DNA of 64,000 nucleotides, from NCBI GenBank assembly GCA_945892755.1, contig CAMDDO010000002.1, forward strand, positions 58,418 through 122,417, given 5' to 3'. The stretch is from Rhizobium sp. Q54 (GTDB lineage: Bacteria > Pseudomonadota > Alphaproteobacteria > UBA828). The notes under the pieces were generated by a model, which ran no database searches, was not told the DNA's origin, and saw nothing but the letters and a program-made list of their open reading frames with translations. Below, in pieces: positions 50,930 through 61,271 of this stretch (position 1 is its first letter; each line of letters opens with the position of its first letter). The translations under genes were made by a program, and so were the position numbers.

Positions 50930-53900
50930 ATGCACCTTCTCGCCGCCTCGCCGCTTCAGATCAACGATGGCAAAGGCCCGGTGCTGCTCGCGCAGACGCC
51001 GGGCGACATCGTCGTGCTGAGTGCAGCGGCGAGCGAATTGGCGTGTTTGGCGGGTGCGCAAGGCGCGTTACCCGATGAGGCGCCGACGCTGCGCCTCGCG
51101 AACCTTTTGGACCTCGGCCACAATCTCGCGATCGATCATTACGTCGATCAGGTCATCGCCAAGGCGCGGCTCGTCATCATGCGCCTGCTCGGCGGTCGCA
51201 CCTATTGGCCTTATGGCGTCGAGTGCGCGGTGAGTGTCGCGCGTGCGCGTGGCTCTAGGCTTGCGCTGCTTTCGGGCGATGAGCGCCTCGATAGCGAGTT
51301 GATCGAGCTTTCGACGCTTGATGAGGCAACGCTCAAGCGCCTGCAGCGCTATTTCACCGAGGGCGGCACCGCAAATGCCGAAGCGCTGCTGCGCTTTGCC
51401 GCAACACTGATCGGCCGTGCAGGCGAAGCCCCAGCGCCGCAGGTCTTGCCGCGCGCCGGCACGCTCGCGACCCGAACACCGGCAGCGAACCCAGAGGCAC
51501 CGATCGCGCTTCTTCTGTTCTATCGCGCGCTCGTGCAGGCGGGCGATCTGGCACCGATCGAGGCGCTATGCCGCGCCCTTGTCGAGCGCGGCCTTGCTGT
51601 GGTGCCGGTCTTCATCACCAGCCTGCGCGACGCGAGCTCCGCCGCGTTCGTCGAGAGCCTGATACGCGCGCACCAGCCGGGCATCATCTTGAATGCGACG
51701 GCCTTTGCGGTCGCCGCCGAGGTCGGTGCGACAACGAGCGTGCTCGATCAGGCCGAGACACCGGTCCTACAGGTCGTCATGTCCGGCGATAGCCGCGAGA
51801 CGTGGCTCAATGGCACGCGCGGGCTTTCGGCCAAGGACATCGCGATGCACGTCGCCTTGCCTGAGATGGATGGACGGATTCTTTCACGCGCGGTCTCGTT
51901 CAAGGCGCCGGCCGCGCTCGATGCGCGCACCGAGACCGCAATCGTCCGTCACGCGCCCGAGCCCGACCGGATCGACTTCGTGGCCGATCTCGCCGCGCGC
52001 TGGGTTCGGCTGCGACAGGCGCCGGTGAGCGAGCGACGCGTTGCGCTCGTGCTTGCCAATTATCCGAACCGCGACGGCAGGCTCGGCAATGGCGTGGGGC
52101 TCGATACGCCGGCGAGCGCGCTCGCGCTTATCGACGCTTTGCGCACGGCCGGCTATGACATCGGCGCACCGCCCGCCTATGCCGACGCCCTGATGCGCGA
52201 GCTCAGCGCCGGGCCAACCAATGATCACGCGCGGAATCGGACACGCACCGCCGCACATATCTTGCCGCTCGCGCAATACCGCGCCTTTTTCGAGGCGCTG
52301 CCTGAGGCGGTGCGCGAGGCGATCAATACGCGCTGGGGCGGACCGGAGCGCGATCCGTTCTTCCGGGCCGCGCCGGGTGGCTTCGCTCTCGCGGTGCATC
52401 GCTTCGGCAATCTCGTGATCGCGTTGCAACCGGCGCGCGGCTATAACATCGATCCGAAATCGAGCTATCACGACCCCGCTTTGCCGCCGCCCCACGGCTA
52501 TCTCGCCTTCTATGCCTGGCTGCGCCAAGGCTTCGACGCCCACGCGATTGTTCAGCTTGGGAAGCACGGCAATCTCGAATGGTTGCCCGGCAAGGCACTC
52601 GCGCTTTCGAACGCCTGCTTCCCCGAGGCCGCGTTGGGGCCGACGCCGCTGATCTATCCCTTTATCGTCAATGATCCGGGTGAAGGCGCTCAGGCCAAGC
52701 GACGCAGCGCCGCCGTGATCGTCGATCATCTAATGCCGCCCCTGGCGCGTGCCGAAAGCCATGGCGAGATGCGCCGGCTCGAAGCGCTGATCGATGAGTA
52801 TTACGAAGCCGCGAGCCTCGATCCGCGCCGCCTGAAGCCGCTCGCCGAAGCGATCATCGAGCGCGCTCGCGCCGAGCGGCTGGATGATGAATGCGGCATC
52901 GGCCGCGACGAGCCGATCGAGAGCGCGCTTGGCAAGCTCGATGGCTATCTGTGTGAGCTGAAGGAGCGTCAAATCAGGAACGGCCTGCACGTGCTTGGTT
53001 GCTCGCCCACAGGACCGGCACGGGCCGAGACGCTGCTCGCCTTTGCCCGGGCGCCGCGCGGACCGGGCGCGAGCCAAGCCTCGATCCTCCGCGCGCTGGC
53101 CGATGATTTGGGCCTTGGGCTCGACCCGCTCGATATCGACCTGGCGACGCCTTGGCAGAGCACGCGCCCCGCCTCGCTCGCCGCGTTGAGCGAGGCACCG
53201 TGGCGCACTACCGCCGATACGATTGAGCGCTTGGAAGCGCTCGCTCTTGGTCTCATCGATGGTCGGGCGGAACCGGAAGCCGCGTGGCAAAAGACGCGCC
53301 AAGTCCTCGCCGCGATCATGTCGCGCATCGCGCCATCGCTCGACCAATCGGGGGCACGCGAAATCATTGGCGTACTGCGCGCGCTTGATGGTCGCTTCGT
53401 GCCGCCGGGCCCGTCGGGTGCGCCCTCGCGCGGTCGGCCCGAGGTGCTCCCAACCGGCCGTAACTTTTTCTCGCTCGATACGCGCGCCGTGCCAACACCG
53501 GCCGCTTGGCATCTCGGCTTCGATTCGGCGCAGCGTCTGTGCGAGGACTATGCGCAGCGCACTGGCGATTGGCCGAAGCGCTTTGTGCTGACGGCCTGGG
53601 GCACGGCCAATATGCGCACCGGCGGCGATGACATCGCCCAAGCGCTTGCCCTGATCGGCGCGCGCCCGATGTGGGAGCCCAGCACCAATCGCGTATCGGG
53701 CTTCGAGATATTGCCGGTCACGCTGCTCGGCCGGCCGCGCGTCGATGTGACACTCCGCATCTCGGGCTTCTTCCGCGATGCTTTTCCGGCGCTGATCGAT
53801 CTCTTTGATTCGGCCGTGCGCGCGGTCGCCGCACTTGATGAGAGCACGACCGACAATCCGCTCGCCGCCGACATTGCAGCGAACGCGGCGCCCTTTGCCG

Positions 53901-54607
53901 CGACGCGCATTTTCGGCTCGATGCCGGGCGCCTATGGCGCGGGGCTACAGGCCCTGATCGATGAAGGCGGCTGGCAGACACGTGGCGATTTGGCGGACGC
54001 TTATCTCGCTTGGGGTGGTTTCGCCTATGGCGGCGGCGCGGATGGCGCGCCGGCACGCGCGGCGCTCGAGACCCGCCTCAAGCGGACCGAGGCGGTCGTG
54101 CAGAACCAGGACAATACCGAGCACGATTTGTTGGATAGCGACGATTATTATCAATTCGAGGGCGGCGTCGCGGCAGCGATTGAAACGCTCGCGGGCAAGG
54201 CGCCGATCGTCTATCACAACGATCATTCGCTGCCCGAGCGCCCGCGCATTCGCACGCTCGATGACGAAATCGCCCGCACCGTACGCGCCCGCGCCGTCAA
54301 TCCCAAATGGCTCGAGGGCGTGATGCGGCATGGTTATAAGGGCGCCTTCGAGATCGCCGCGACGGTTGATTATCTGTTCGCCTTCGCCGCGACCACGAAC
54401 GCGGTGAAGGATCATCAGTTCGATCAACTCTATGACGCCTATATAGCGGATGAAGCGGTTCGCGGCTTCATGGCGCGTCACAACCCGGCGGCACTCGCCG
54501 AGACCGCCGCGCGCTTTCTCGAAGCGATGCGGCGCGCGCTTTGGCGGCCGCGCTCGAACGCGGCGCATGATCTTCTCACCCGCCTGTCACAGGAGCCCGT
54601 GCCATGA
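50930..54607 (+). CDS. cobN: Cobaltochelatase subunit CobN (late, aerobic-type cobalt insertion)
   Basis: 1225-aa CobN/Mg-chelatase H family protein with a typical N-terminus and length. Confidence 0.93.
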   Translation: MHLLAASPLQINDGKGPVLLAQTPGDIVVLSAAASELACLAGAQGALPDEAPTLRLANLLDLGHNLAIDHYVDQVIAKARLVIMRLLGGRTYWPYGVECAVSVARARGSRLALLSGDERLDSELIELSTLDEATLKRLQRYFTEGGTANAEALLRFAATLIGRAGEAPAPQVLPRAGTLATRTPAANPEAPIALLLFYRALVQAGDLAPIEALCRALVERGLAVVPVFITSLRDASSAAFVESLIRAHQPGIILNATAFAVAAEVGATTSVLDQAETPVLQVVMSGDSRETWLNGTRGLSAKDIAMHVALPEMDGRILSRAVSFKAPAALDARTETAIVRHAPEPDRIDFVADLAARWVRLRQAPVSERRVALVLANYPNRDGRLGNGVGLDTPASALALIDALRTAGYDIGAPPAYADALMRELSAGPTNDHARNRTRTAAHILPLAQYRAFFEALPEAVREAINTRWGGPERDPFFRAAPGGFALAVHRFGNLVIALQPARGYNIDPKSSYHDPALPPPHGYLAFYAWLRQGFDAHAIVQLGKHGNLEWLPGKALALSNACFPEAALGPTPLIYPFIVNDPGEGAQAKRRSAAVIVDHLMPPLARAESHGEMRRLEALIDEYYEAASLDPRRLKPLAEAIIERARAERLDDECGIGRDEPIESALGKLDGYLCELKERQIRNGLHVLGCSPTGPARAETLLAFARAPRGPGASQASILRALADDLGLGLDPLDIDLATPWQSTRPASLAALSEAPWRTTADTIERLEALALGLIDGRAEPEAAWQKTRQVLAAIMSRIAPSLDQSGAREIIGVLRALDGRFVPPGPSGAPSRGRPEVLPTGRNFFSLDTRAVPTPAAWHLGFDSAQRLCEDYAQRTGDWPKRFVLTAWGTANMRTGGDDIAQALALIGARPMWEPSTNRVSGFEILPVTLLGRPRVDVTLRISGFFRDAFPALIDLFDSAVRAVAALDESTTDNPLAADIAANAAPFAATRIFGSMPGAYGAGLQALIDEGGWQTRGDLADAYLAWGGFAYGGGADGAPARAALETRLKRTEAVVQNQDNTEHDLLDSDDYYQFEGGVAAAIETLAGKAPIVYHNDHSLPERPRIRTLDDEIARTVRARAVNPKWLEGVMRHGYKGAFEIAATVDYLFAFAATTNAVKDHQFDQLYDAYIADEAVRGFMARHNPAALAETAARFLEAMRRALWRPRSNAAHDLLTRLSQEPVP

Positions 54608-55221
54608 GCGAGGAGACCGAGCACGAACTCAATCAGCGCCACGCCGAGAAGATGGCCAAGCGCAAGGCCGCGCGTGATCGCATGCTTGCCACCAAGACCA
54701 AGGAGAAAGGCCTCCTGATCGTCCATACCGGCAAGGGCAAGGGCAAGTCGACCGCGGCCTTCGGGCTCGTCATGCGCGCGCTCGGCCATGGCAAGCGCGT
54801 CGGCATCGTGCAATTCGTCAAGGGCAAATGGCAGAGCGGCGAGCGTGTGGTGCTCGACCGATTCCCCGATCAAGTGACGTTGAAGATCATGGGCGAGGGT
54901 TTCACCTGGGATACCCAGGACCGCAAGCGCGACATCGCCTCGGCCGAAGCCGCCTTCGAAGCGGCGCGTGCCATGTTGAGCGACCCGGCGCTCGACTTGG
55001 TGGTGCTCGATGAGCTCAACATCGTGCTACGCTATGACTATCTGCCGCTCGACGAGGTGCGCGCGGCGTTGGCCGCGCGGCGCACGGGCCTCCACGTCGT
55101 GGTGACCGGGCGCAACGCCAAGCCGGCGCTGATCGAAGACGCCGATCTGGTGACCGAAATGGTCGAGATCAAGCATCCGTTCCGCGACGGCGTTCGGGCC
55201 CAGATCGGAATCGAATTCTAG
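54604..55221 (+). CDS. cobO: Cob(I)yrinic acid a,c-diamide adenosyltransferase
   Basis: GKGKGKSTAAFG P-loop characteristic of CobA/CobO/BtuR. Confidence 0.9.
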   Translation: MSEETEHELNQRHAEKMAKRKAARDRMLATKTKEKGLLIVHTGKGKGKSTAAFGLVMRALGHGKRVGIVQFVKGKWQSGERVVLDRFPDQVTLKIMGEGFTWDTQDRKRDIASAEAAFEAARAMLSDPALDLVVLDELNIVLRYDYLPLDEVRAALAARRTGLHVVVTGRNAKPALIEDADLVTEMVEIKHPFRDGVRAQIGIEF

Positions 55222-55238
55222 CCGAGGAGTAGGAAATC

Positions 55239-55931
55239 ATGAGGCGGATGAAATTCGTGCTGTTGATCGTCGCGACTGTCGTACTCGGCATGACCGGCGT
55301 CTCGAGCGCGCGCCAGGCCATGGCATTGACCGATCAAGAGGAGCTGGTCGACCGGGCCCGCTTGACCGTCGCTTCGCTCAAGGATTTCAACGACGTCGGC
55401 GTCATCGCCCCTTATATCAAAGGCGCGCGCGCCGTGGTCGTCATCCCCGCGTTCGTGAAAGCTGGATTCATCGTCGGCGGCGCGCATGGCGAGGGCGTTA
55501 TGGTCGGCCGCAATCTCAAGACCGGGGCCTGGCGCTACCCGGCCTTCATCACGCTCTCCGAGGGCTCGATCGGACTTCAGATCGGTGCCGAATCCTCCGA
55601 GATCATCATGATCTGCCTGACCGAGAAGGGCGTGACCGCGCTGCTCGATGATGGCGTCAAGCTTGGCGCCGAGGCCGGCATCGCGGTGCTCACCATCGGC
55701 GGCGCGCGCGAGGCGGCAACCACCACCGCGGTCGGCGCCGACGTTGTCACCTTCGCGCGCTCGAAAGGCTTGTTTGGCGGGCTCTCGATCGAAGGCGCGG
55801 TGTTGGGCCAAGATCAGGCGTCGAATACGGCCTATCACGGCAAATCGTTTTCGACGCGCCAGCTGGTTACCACAGACGTCAAAGGCAATCGCGGGGCCGA
55901 TGGCCTGCGCAAGGCGCTTGCCGGTTTCTGA
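55239..55931 (+). CDS. Secreted SYLF (Ysc84/DUF500) lipid-binding domain protein embedded in the cob operon
   Basis: Signal peptide MRRMKFVLLIVATVVLGMTGVSSA, then tandem G-rich SYLF repeats (GAGFIVGGAHGEGV; EAGIAVLTIGGARE; GLFGGLSIEGAV). Confidence 0.65.
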   Translation: MRRMKFVLLIVATVVLGMTGVSSARQAMALTDQEELVDRARLTVASLKDFNDVGVIAPYIKGARAVVVIPAFVKAGFIVGGAHGEGVMVGRNLKTGAWRYPAFITLSEGSIGLQIGAESSEIIMICLTEKGVTALLDDGVKLGAEAGIAVLTIGGAREAATTTAVGADVVTFARSKGLFGGLSIEGAVLGQDQASNTAYHGKSFSTRQLVTTDVKGNRGADGLRKALAGF

Positions 55932-55943
55932 GCCGGCGCCCAA

Positions 55944-57428
55944 ATGCCGCTCACCACGCCTCGCCTGATGCTTCAGGGCACCGGCTCGAACGTCGGCAAG
56001 TCCCTGCTGGTCGCCGGGCTGTGCCGGGCCTATTGGCGGCGCGGGCTGAAGGTGCGCCCGTTCAAGTCACAAAACATGTCGAACAATGCAGCGGTCACGC
56101 CCGATGGGCGCGAGATCGGCCGCGCGCAGGCCCTACAGGCGCGCGCTGCCGGTGTTGCGCCGAGCGCCGACATGAACCCGGTGCTGCTGAAGCCCGAGGG
56201 CGAGGCCGGCGCGCAGATCATCGTGCAGGGCAGCCTCGAAGGCCGCGCCACGGCGCGTGACTATCAGCGCCTGCGCGCGGGTTTGCTGCCGCGGGTGCTG
56301 GAAAGCTTCGAGCGGCTCGGTCAAGGCGTTGATCTCGTGCTCGTCGAGGGTGCGGGCAGCCCCGCCGAAGTCAATCTGCGCGAGGGCGATATCGCCAATA
56401 TGGGCTTCGCGCTTGCGGCCGATTGCCCGGTTGTGCTGATAGGCGATATCGAGCGTGGCGGTGTGATCGCGAGTCTGATCGGCACCGTCGGATTGCTTGA
56501 TGACGATGAGCGGCGCCTGCTCAAGGGCACCATCGTCAATCGCTTTCGCGGCGATGTGAGTCTGTTCGACGATGCTTTGCCGATCATCGCGCAAGGCACC
56601 GGCGTGCCATGCCTCGGCGTCGTGCCGTATTTCGAGGCGGCGCGGCGCCTGCCGGCGGAGGATACGCTCGCCATGGATTCGCATGGCGCCCTTGGCGTGC
56701 GAGCCGACGCACGAATTCACGTCGTTGTGCCGGTGCTGCCGCGCATCGCGAATTTCGACGATCTCGATCCCTTGCGCGCCGAGCCCGATGTACGACTTAG
56801 CCTCATCCGCCCCGGCACACCGCTACCGGCCGATGCTGATCTCGTTCTGTTGCCGGGCTCCAAGGCAACGCGATCGGATCTCGCCGCGCTCATGACCGAG
56901 GGCTGGGACATCGACATCAAGGCGCATGTGCGCCGAGGCGGAAGCGTGCTCGGCCTGTGCGGCGGCTATCAGATGCTAGGCCGGCGTGTTGAGGATCCCG
57001 CGGGGATTGAAGGCACGGCAGGCTCATCCGATGGGCTGGGCCTGCTCGACGTCGCTACGACGCTCGCGGGAACAAAGCGCCTGGAGCCGGTCGATGGCAT
57101 CGACGCGCTCACATCGACGCGCCTCACGGGCTATGAGATGCACATGGGCCGCACCGCCGGCCCCGATGCATCGCGCCCCTTTGCGCGGCTCGACGGCGAA
57201 AGCGAAGGCGCCCGCTCGGCGGATGGCCGGGTCATGGGCAGTTATCTGCATGGCTTGTTCGCAAGCGATGAGTTCCGCCACGCCTTCCTGAATGGCCTGC
57301 GTCAACGTGCGCCGAGCGGACTCGACTACACGGCGTCGGTCGACTCGGCGCTGGATGGTCTCGCCGCCCTTCTCGCTTCAAGCCTCGATCTCGATCGACT
57401 GCTTGCCATGGCGCGCGGCCAGCCATGA
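55944..57428 (+). CDS. cobQ: Cobyric acid synthase
   Basis: [22 protein letters not shown]-terminal ATPase domain and a C-terminal glutamine amidotransferase domain ([16 protein letters not shown]). Confidence 0.9.
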   Translation: MPLTTPRLMLQGTGSNVGKSLLVAGLCRAYWRRGLKVRPFKSQNMSNNAAVTPDGREIGRAQALQARAAGVAPSADMNPVLLKPEGEAGAQIIVQGSLEGRATARDYQRLRAGLLPRVLESFERLGQGVDLVLVEGAGSPAEVNLREGDIANMGFALAADCPVVLIGDIERGGVIASLIGTVGLLDDDERRLLKGTIVNRFRGDVSLFDDALPIIAQGTGVPCLGVVPYFEAARRLPAEDTLAMDSHGALGVRADARIHVVVPVLPRIANFDDLDPLRAEPDVRLSLIRPGTPLPADADLVLLPGSKATRSDLAALMTEGWDIDIKAHVRRGGSVLGLCGGYQMLGRRVEDPAGIEGTAGSSDGLGLLDVATTLAGTKRLEPVDGIDALTSTRLTGYEMHMGRTAGPDASRPFARLDGESEGARSADGRVMGSYLHGLFASDEFRHAFLNGLRQRAPSGLDYTASVDSALDGLAALLASSLDLDRLLAMARGQP

Positions 57429-57436
57429 CGACCCGC

Positions 57437-58447
57437 CTAACGCACGAACGCGGCGATCATCGCGATGATGACGCCGAGCAGCAGACAGGCAGCGGCATAG
57501 AGATAGAGCATGCGGCGGATATCAGCCTCGGTCGCACGCGCGCGACCATCACCGAGCCAGGGATCGGCGCTGACCTCGCCGCCATAATGGCGCGGTCCCA
57601 TCAGGGCGAGACCGAGCGCACCGGCCGCCGCAGCTTCGGGCCAGCCGGCGTTTGGCGAGCGGTGCTTGCCGTGATCGCGCAGCATGATGCGAAGGCCCTG
57701 CCGCATGCTGCCACCCGGCACGAACAGCCCCGCGAGCGCAAGCAACACGCCGGCAAGGCGCGCCGGTACCCAATTGACCGCGTCGTCGAGCCGTGCCGAC
57801 ACCAGGCCGAAGGCACGATAGCGCGGCGTCTCGTGGCCGATCATGCTGTCCATCGTCGAGATCGCCTTGAAGGCGAAGAGCCCGGGCAGGCCAAGCAAGA
57901 GATACCAGAAGGCGGGCGCGACTACGCCGTCGCCATAACTCTCGGCGCAGCTTTCGACCGCCGCGCGCGCGACGCCATGCTCGTCGAGCACCGCGACATC
58001 GCGCCCGACGATGTGCGCTACCGCCACGCGTCCGCCGGCAAGGCCCTCGCGTCGAAGCGCATGGCCGACGCGGCGCACATGGTCGAACAGATCGCGCTGC
58101 GCCAGCATCATCGCGGCAAGCACGACCTCGATCGCCCAACCATAGGGGATCGCGGCGGCGATCGCGGACGCCGCCGCACCGATGCCCGCCGCGCCGCCGG
58201 CGACCAACAGCGCGGTGATCGCGCCGCGCGCGACGAGCGTTTTCTCGCCACGCGCCGCGCGGTTGAGCTTGCGGTCGAGGAACCCGGTCGCGGCGCCGAT
58301 CGCGCGCACCGGATGCGGCAACCAGCGCGGATCGCCGATCAGCCAATCGAGCCCGAGCGCGAACAGCAAAATCAGCGCGGCGCCGGGCCCCGCCAGCCAG
58401 TCGATGCCGGCGCCGCTCGGCAGGTTTCTCAACCCATCGGCAAACAT
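57437..58447 (-). CDS. cobD: Adenosylcobinamide-phosphate synthase CobD/CbiB
   Basis: DWLIGDPRWLPHPVRAIG N-terminal signature and multi-TM topology. The annotated start leaves only 14 bp to the divergent cbiX, so the true start may be internal. Confidence 0.8.
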   Translation of the reverse strand: MFADGLRNLPSGAGIDWLAGPGAALILLFALGLDWLIGDPRWLPHPVRAIGAATGFLDRKLNRAARGEKTLVARGAITALLVAGGAAGIGAAASAIAAAIPYGWAIEVVLAAMMLAQRDLFDHVRRVGHALRREGLAGGRVAVAHIVGRDVAVLDEHGVARAAVESCAESYGDGVVAPAFWYLLLGLPGLFAFKAISTMDSMIGHETPRYRAFGLVSARLDDAVNWVPARLAGVLLALAGLFVPGGSMRQGLRIMLRDHGKHRSPNAGWPEAAAAGALGLALMGPRHYGGEVSADPWLGDGRARATEADIRRMLYLYAAACLLLGVIIAMIAAFVR

Positions 58448-58461
58448 CGGGCAACCATAGC

Positions 58462-59412
58462 ATGAGTGACGCCGCCGTCCTGCTTTGTGGCCACGGCAGC
58501 CGCGACCCAGAGGCGATCCGCGAGTTCGAGATACTGGCCAGCGCGATGCGCGCCCGCCTGCCCGGCCGCGTGGTCGAGCATGGCTTCCTTGAATTCGCGC
58601 GACCGACCATCGGCGAGGTGCTTGAGCGACTTCGGGTCGCGGGGGCGCGCGAAGTCCACGCTTTGCCCGGCATGTTGTTCGCTGCCGGCCATGCCAAGAA
58701 CGACATTCCCTCGGTGCTCAACAATTTCACGGCCACGCACCCGGAAATCACCATTCGCTACGGCCGCGAGCTCGCGATCGACCCCTTGATGCTGAAGGCC
58801 GCGCGCGAACGCATCGAAACCGCCGAGCGCACGGCGTCTTCGCGCCATAGTCGCGCGGATAGCCTGCTCCTCGTCGTCGGCCGAGGCACGACCGACCCTG
58901 ACGCCAATTCGAACGTCGCCAAGGTCGCGCGCCTGCTTGTCGAGGGCCTCGGCTATGGCTGGGGTGAGGCCGCGTTCAGCGGCGTCGCCCATCCGCGCAC
59001 CGACGCCGCGATCGCACGCGCGCTGAGGCTCGACTTCAAGCGCATCGTGGTGTTCCCCTATTTCCTGTTCACCGGCGTCTTGGTGAAACGCATCTACGAG
59101 GCCGCGGACGAGGCCATACGTGCGCAAACCGGGGTCGAAATCGTCAAGGCGCCCTATCTGAACGACCACCCTTGGGTCGTGCAGGCGTTTCACGATCGGC
59201 TCGATGAGATCACCCAGGGCGCCAATCTGATGAACTGCCAATTGTGCAAATATCGCGTGCAGATCATCGGCTATGAGGATGACCTCGGCGCGCCGCAAGC
59301 GGGCCACCATCATCATGTCGAAGGCATCGGCACCGACGCCGACCGCCATCAACAAGACCATGATCATCACCATGATCACCCGCCGCATGCGGCGCCTCGA
59401 CGGGGCAAGTGA
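58462..59412 (+). CDS. cbiX: Sirohydrochlorin cobaltochelatase, long form (CbiX-L) with His-rich C-terminus
   Basis: LLCGHGSRDPEA catalytic-His motif in two CbiX half-domains, and a tail HHHHVEGIGTDADRHQQDHDHHHDHPPH typical of CbiX-L. Confidence 0.8.
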   Translation: MSDAAVLLCGHGSRDPEAIREFEILASAMRARLPGRVVEHGFLEFARPTIGEVLERLRVAGAREVHALPGMLFAAGHAKNDIPSVLNNFTATHPEITIRYGRELAIDPLMLKAARERIETAERTASSRHSRADSLLLVVGRGTTDPDANSNVAKVARLLVEGLGYGWGEAAFSGVAHPRTDAAIARALRLDFKRIVVFPYFLFTGVLVKRIYEAADEAIRAQTGVEIVKAPYLNDHPWVVQAFHDRLDEITQGANLMNCQLCKYRVQIIGYEDDLGAPQAGHHHHVEGIGTDADRHQQDHDHHHDHPPHAAPRRGK

Positions 59413-59418
59413 CCGTCC

Positions 59419-60063
59419 ATGAGCCGTGCCGCCATGGCCTATGAGCGCAACCCGGCGGCGATTACTCGCGGTTCGTTCGAGATCATTCGCGCCGAGGCCG
59501 ATTTGACCGGCTTGCCGGCCGATGCCGAGGCCGTCGCAGTGCGCATGATCCACGCCTGCGGCATGGTCGATATCGTGCGCGATCTTCACATCACGCCGGG
59601 CGCGGCAGAAGCGGGGCGCGCGGCCTTGCGCGCCGGCGCGCCGATCCTCTGTGACGTCGCCATGGTCGCCGCCGGAATTACGCACGCGCGCCTGCCGGCG
59701 AATAACGCCGTGATCTCGAGCATCGCCGACCCTGATGTCGCGAGGGACGCCGCCGCGCGCGGCATCAGCCGTGCCGCCATGTCGGTCGAACGCTGGCAGA
59801 GCAGGCTTGAGGGTGCCGTGGTCGCGATCGGCAATGCGCCGACCGCCTTGTTTCGCCTGATCGAAGGCCTCGACGCCGGTTGGCCCAGGCCCGCCTTGAT
59901 CGTCGCGACGCCGGTCGGCTTTGTCGGCGCGGTCGAATCGAAGGCGGCATTGATCGAAGCCGGGCTCGGCCTGCCCTATGTCGTGCTGACCGGTCGGCGC
60001 GGCGGTAGTGCGCTGGCAGCGGCGGCGGTCAACGCATTGGCGATGGATGAGGGCGCGCGGTGA
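59419..60063 (+). CDS. cobH: Precorrin-8X methylmutase
   Basis: CobH/CbiC family (RMIHACGMVDI, VAIGNAPTALF). Confidence 0.9.
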   Translation: MSRAAMAYERNPAAITRGSFEIIRAEADLTGLPADAEAVAVRMIHACGMVDIVRDLHITPGAAEAGRAALRAGAPILCDVAMVAAGITHARLPANNAVISSIADPDVARDAAARGISRAAMSVERWQSRLEGAVVAIGNAPTALFRLIEGLDAGWPRPALIVATPVGFVGAVESKAALIEAGLGLPYVVLTGRRGGSALAAAAVNALAMDEGAR

Positions 60064-61271
60064 CGCCCTGGCTTCACATCATCGGCCTTGGTGAAGACGG
60101 CCTCGATGGTCTTTCGACCGTAAGCCGTGCGCTGATCGGCAGTGCCGAGCTGATCGTCGGCGGTGCGCGGCACCTAGCGTTGATCGGCGAGAGCAAGGCC
60201 GAGAAAATGGCCTGGCGCCAACCGCTCGCCGACACCATGCCTGATCTGTTACGCTGGCGCGGCCGGCACGTCGTCGTGCTCGCGACCGGCGACCCGCTCT
60301 GCTACGGCATCGGCAATCAATTGCTGCGCCATGTCCCGCTCGCCGAACTACGCATCATCCCGGCGCCATCGGCCTATGCCTTGGCGGGCGCGCGGCTCGG
60401 GTGGGACGCCGCCGAGATCGATCGTGTGACCGTGCATGGCCGCCCGCTAGAAACACTCCGCCGTTATTTCGCGCCTAACGCAAAGTTGCTCGTGCTCGCG
60501 CATGACGGCTCGACGCCCGCCGAAGCCGCGCGCCTCTTGGTCGAAGCCGGTTATGGCGAAAGCGCGGTCACCGTGTTCGATCATATGGGCGGGGACAAGG
60601 AACGCCGTGTCGATGGGACGGCCGCAGACTGGCATGAGCCACGCGGCACTGATTTCAACACGATCGCGATTCATTGCATCGCCGGGCCGCGCGCCAAGCG
60701 CTTCCGTGGTGCAGCTGGGCTGCCCGACCACGCGTTTGAAAGCGATGGCACGATCACCAAACGCGAAGTGCGTGCCGTAACGCTCGCCATGTTGGGGCCG
60801 CACCCCGGCGCCGTTTTGTGGGATGTCGGCGCCGGCGCCGGCTCGATCGCCATTGAATGGCTTTTGCTGGAGCCGCGCGCCGAAGCCATCGCGATCGAGC
60901 GCGAGCCGGCACGCATCGCGCTGATCGCGCGCAACGCCGAAGCGCTCGGCACGCCCGAGCTAGAAATCGAACCGGGCGAGGCGCCGGCGGTGCTCGAGGG
61001 CCTGCCGGATCCAGACGCCGTCTTTATCGGCGGCGGGTTGAGCGCACCCGAGCTGATCGAGACCTGCTATGAGCGATTGAAGCCGGGCGGACGGCTCGTC
61101 GCCAACGCTGTCACGCTCGAAGCCGAGGCGACGCTGATCCGCGCGCGCGAACGTTTGGGCGGCACGCTGGCGCGCCTCGCAATATCACGCGCCGAGGCGC
61201 TTGGGCCTTTCAGCGCCTGGCGTTCGCTCATGCCGGTCACTCAATATGCCGTCACCAAGGAGTGGCCGTGA
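60060..61271 (+). CDS. cobL: Precorrin-6Y C5,15-methyltransferase (decarboxylating), CbiE/CbiT fused
   Basis: N-terminal tetrapyrrole methylase domain plus a C-terminal SAM-MTase (VLWDVGAGAGSIAIE). Confidence 0.9.
   Translation: MTPWLHIIGLGEDGLDGLSTVSRALIGSAELIVGGARHLALIGESKAEKMAWRQPLADTMPDLLRWRGRHVVVLATGDPLCYGIGNQLLRHVPLAELRIIPAPSAYALAGARLGWDAAEIDRVTVHGRPLETLRRYFAPNAKLLVLAHDGSTPAEAARLLVEAGYGESAVTVFDHMGGDKERRVDGTAADWHEPRGTDFNTIAIHCIAGPRAKRFRGAAGLPDHAFESDGTITKREVRAVTLAMLGPHPGAVLWDVGAGAGSIAIEWLLLEPRAEAIAIEREPARIALIARNAEALGTPELEIEPGEAPAVLEGLPDPDAVFIGGGLSAPELIETCYERLKPGGRLVANAVTLEAEATLIRARERLGGTLARLAISRAEALGPFSAWRSLMPVTQYAVTKEWP

Noticed and set aside
57549-58754. 401-aa minus-strand ORF overlapping cobD in another frame and extending into cbiX
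   Set aside because: CobD is clearly encoded in the 57437..58447 frame; this is an overlapping-frame artefact.
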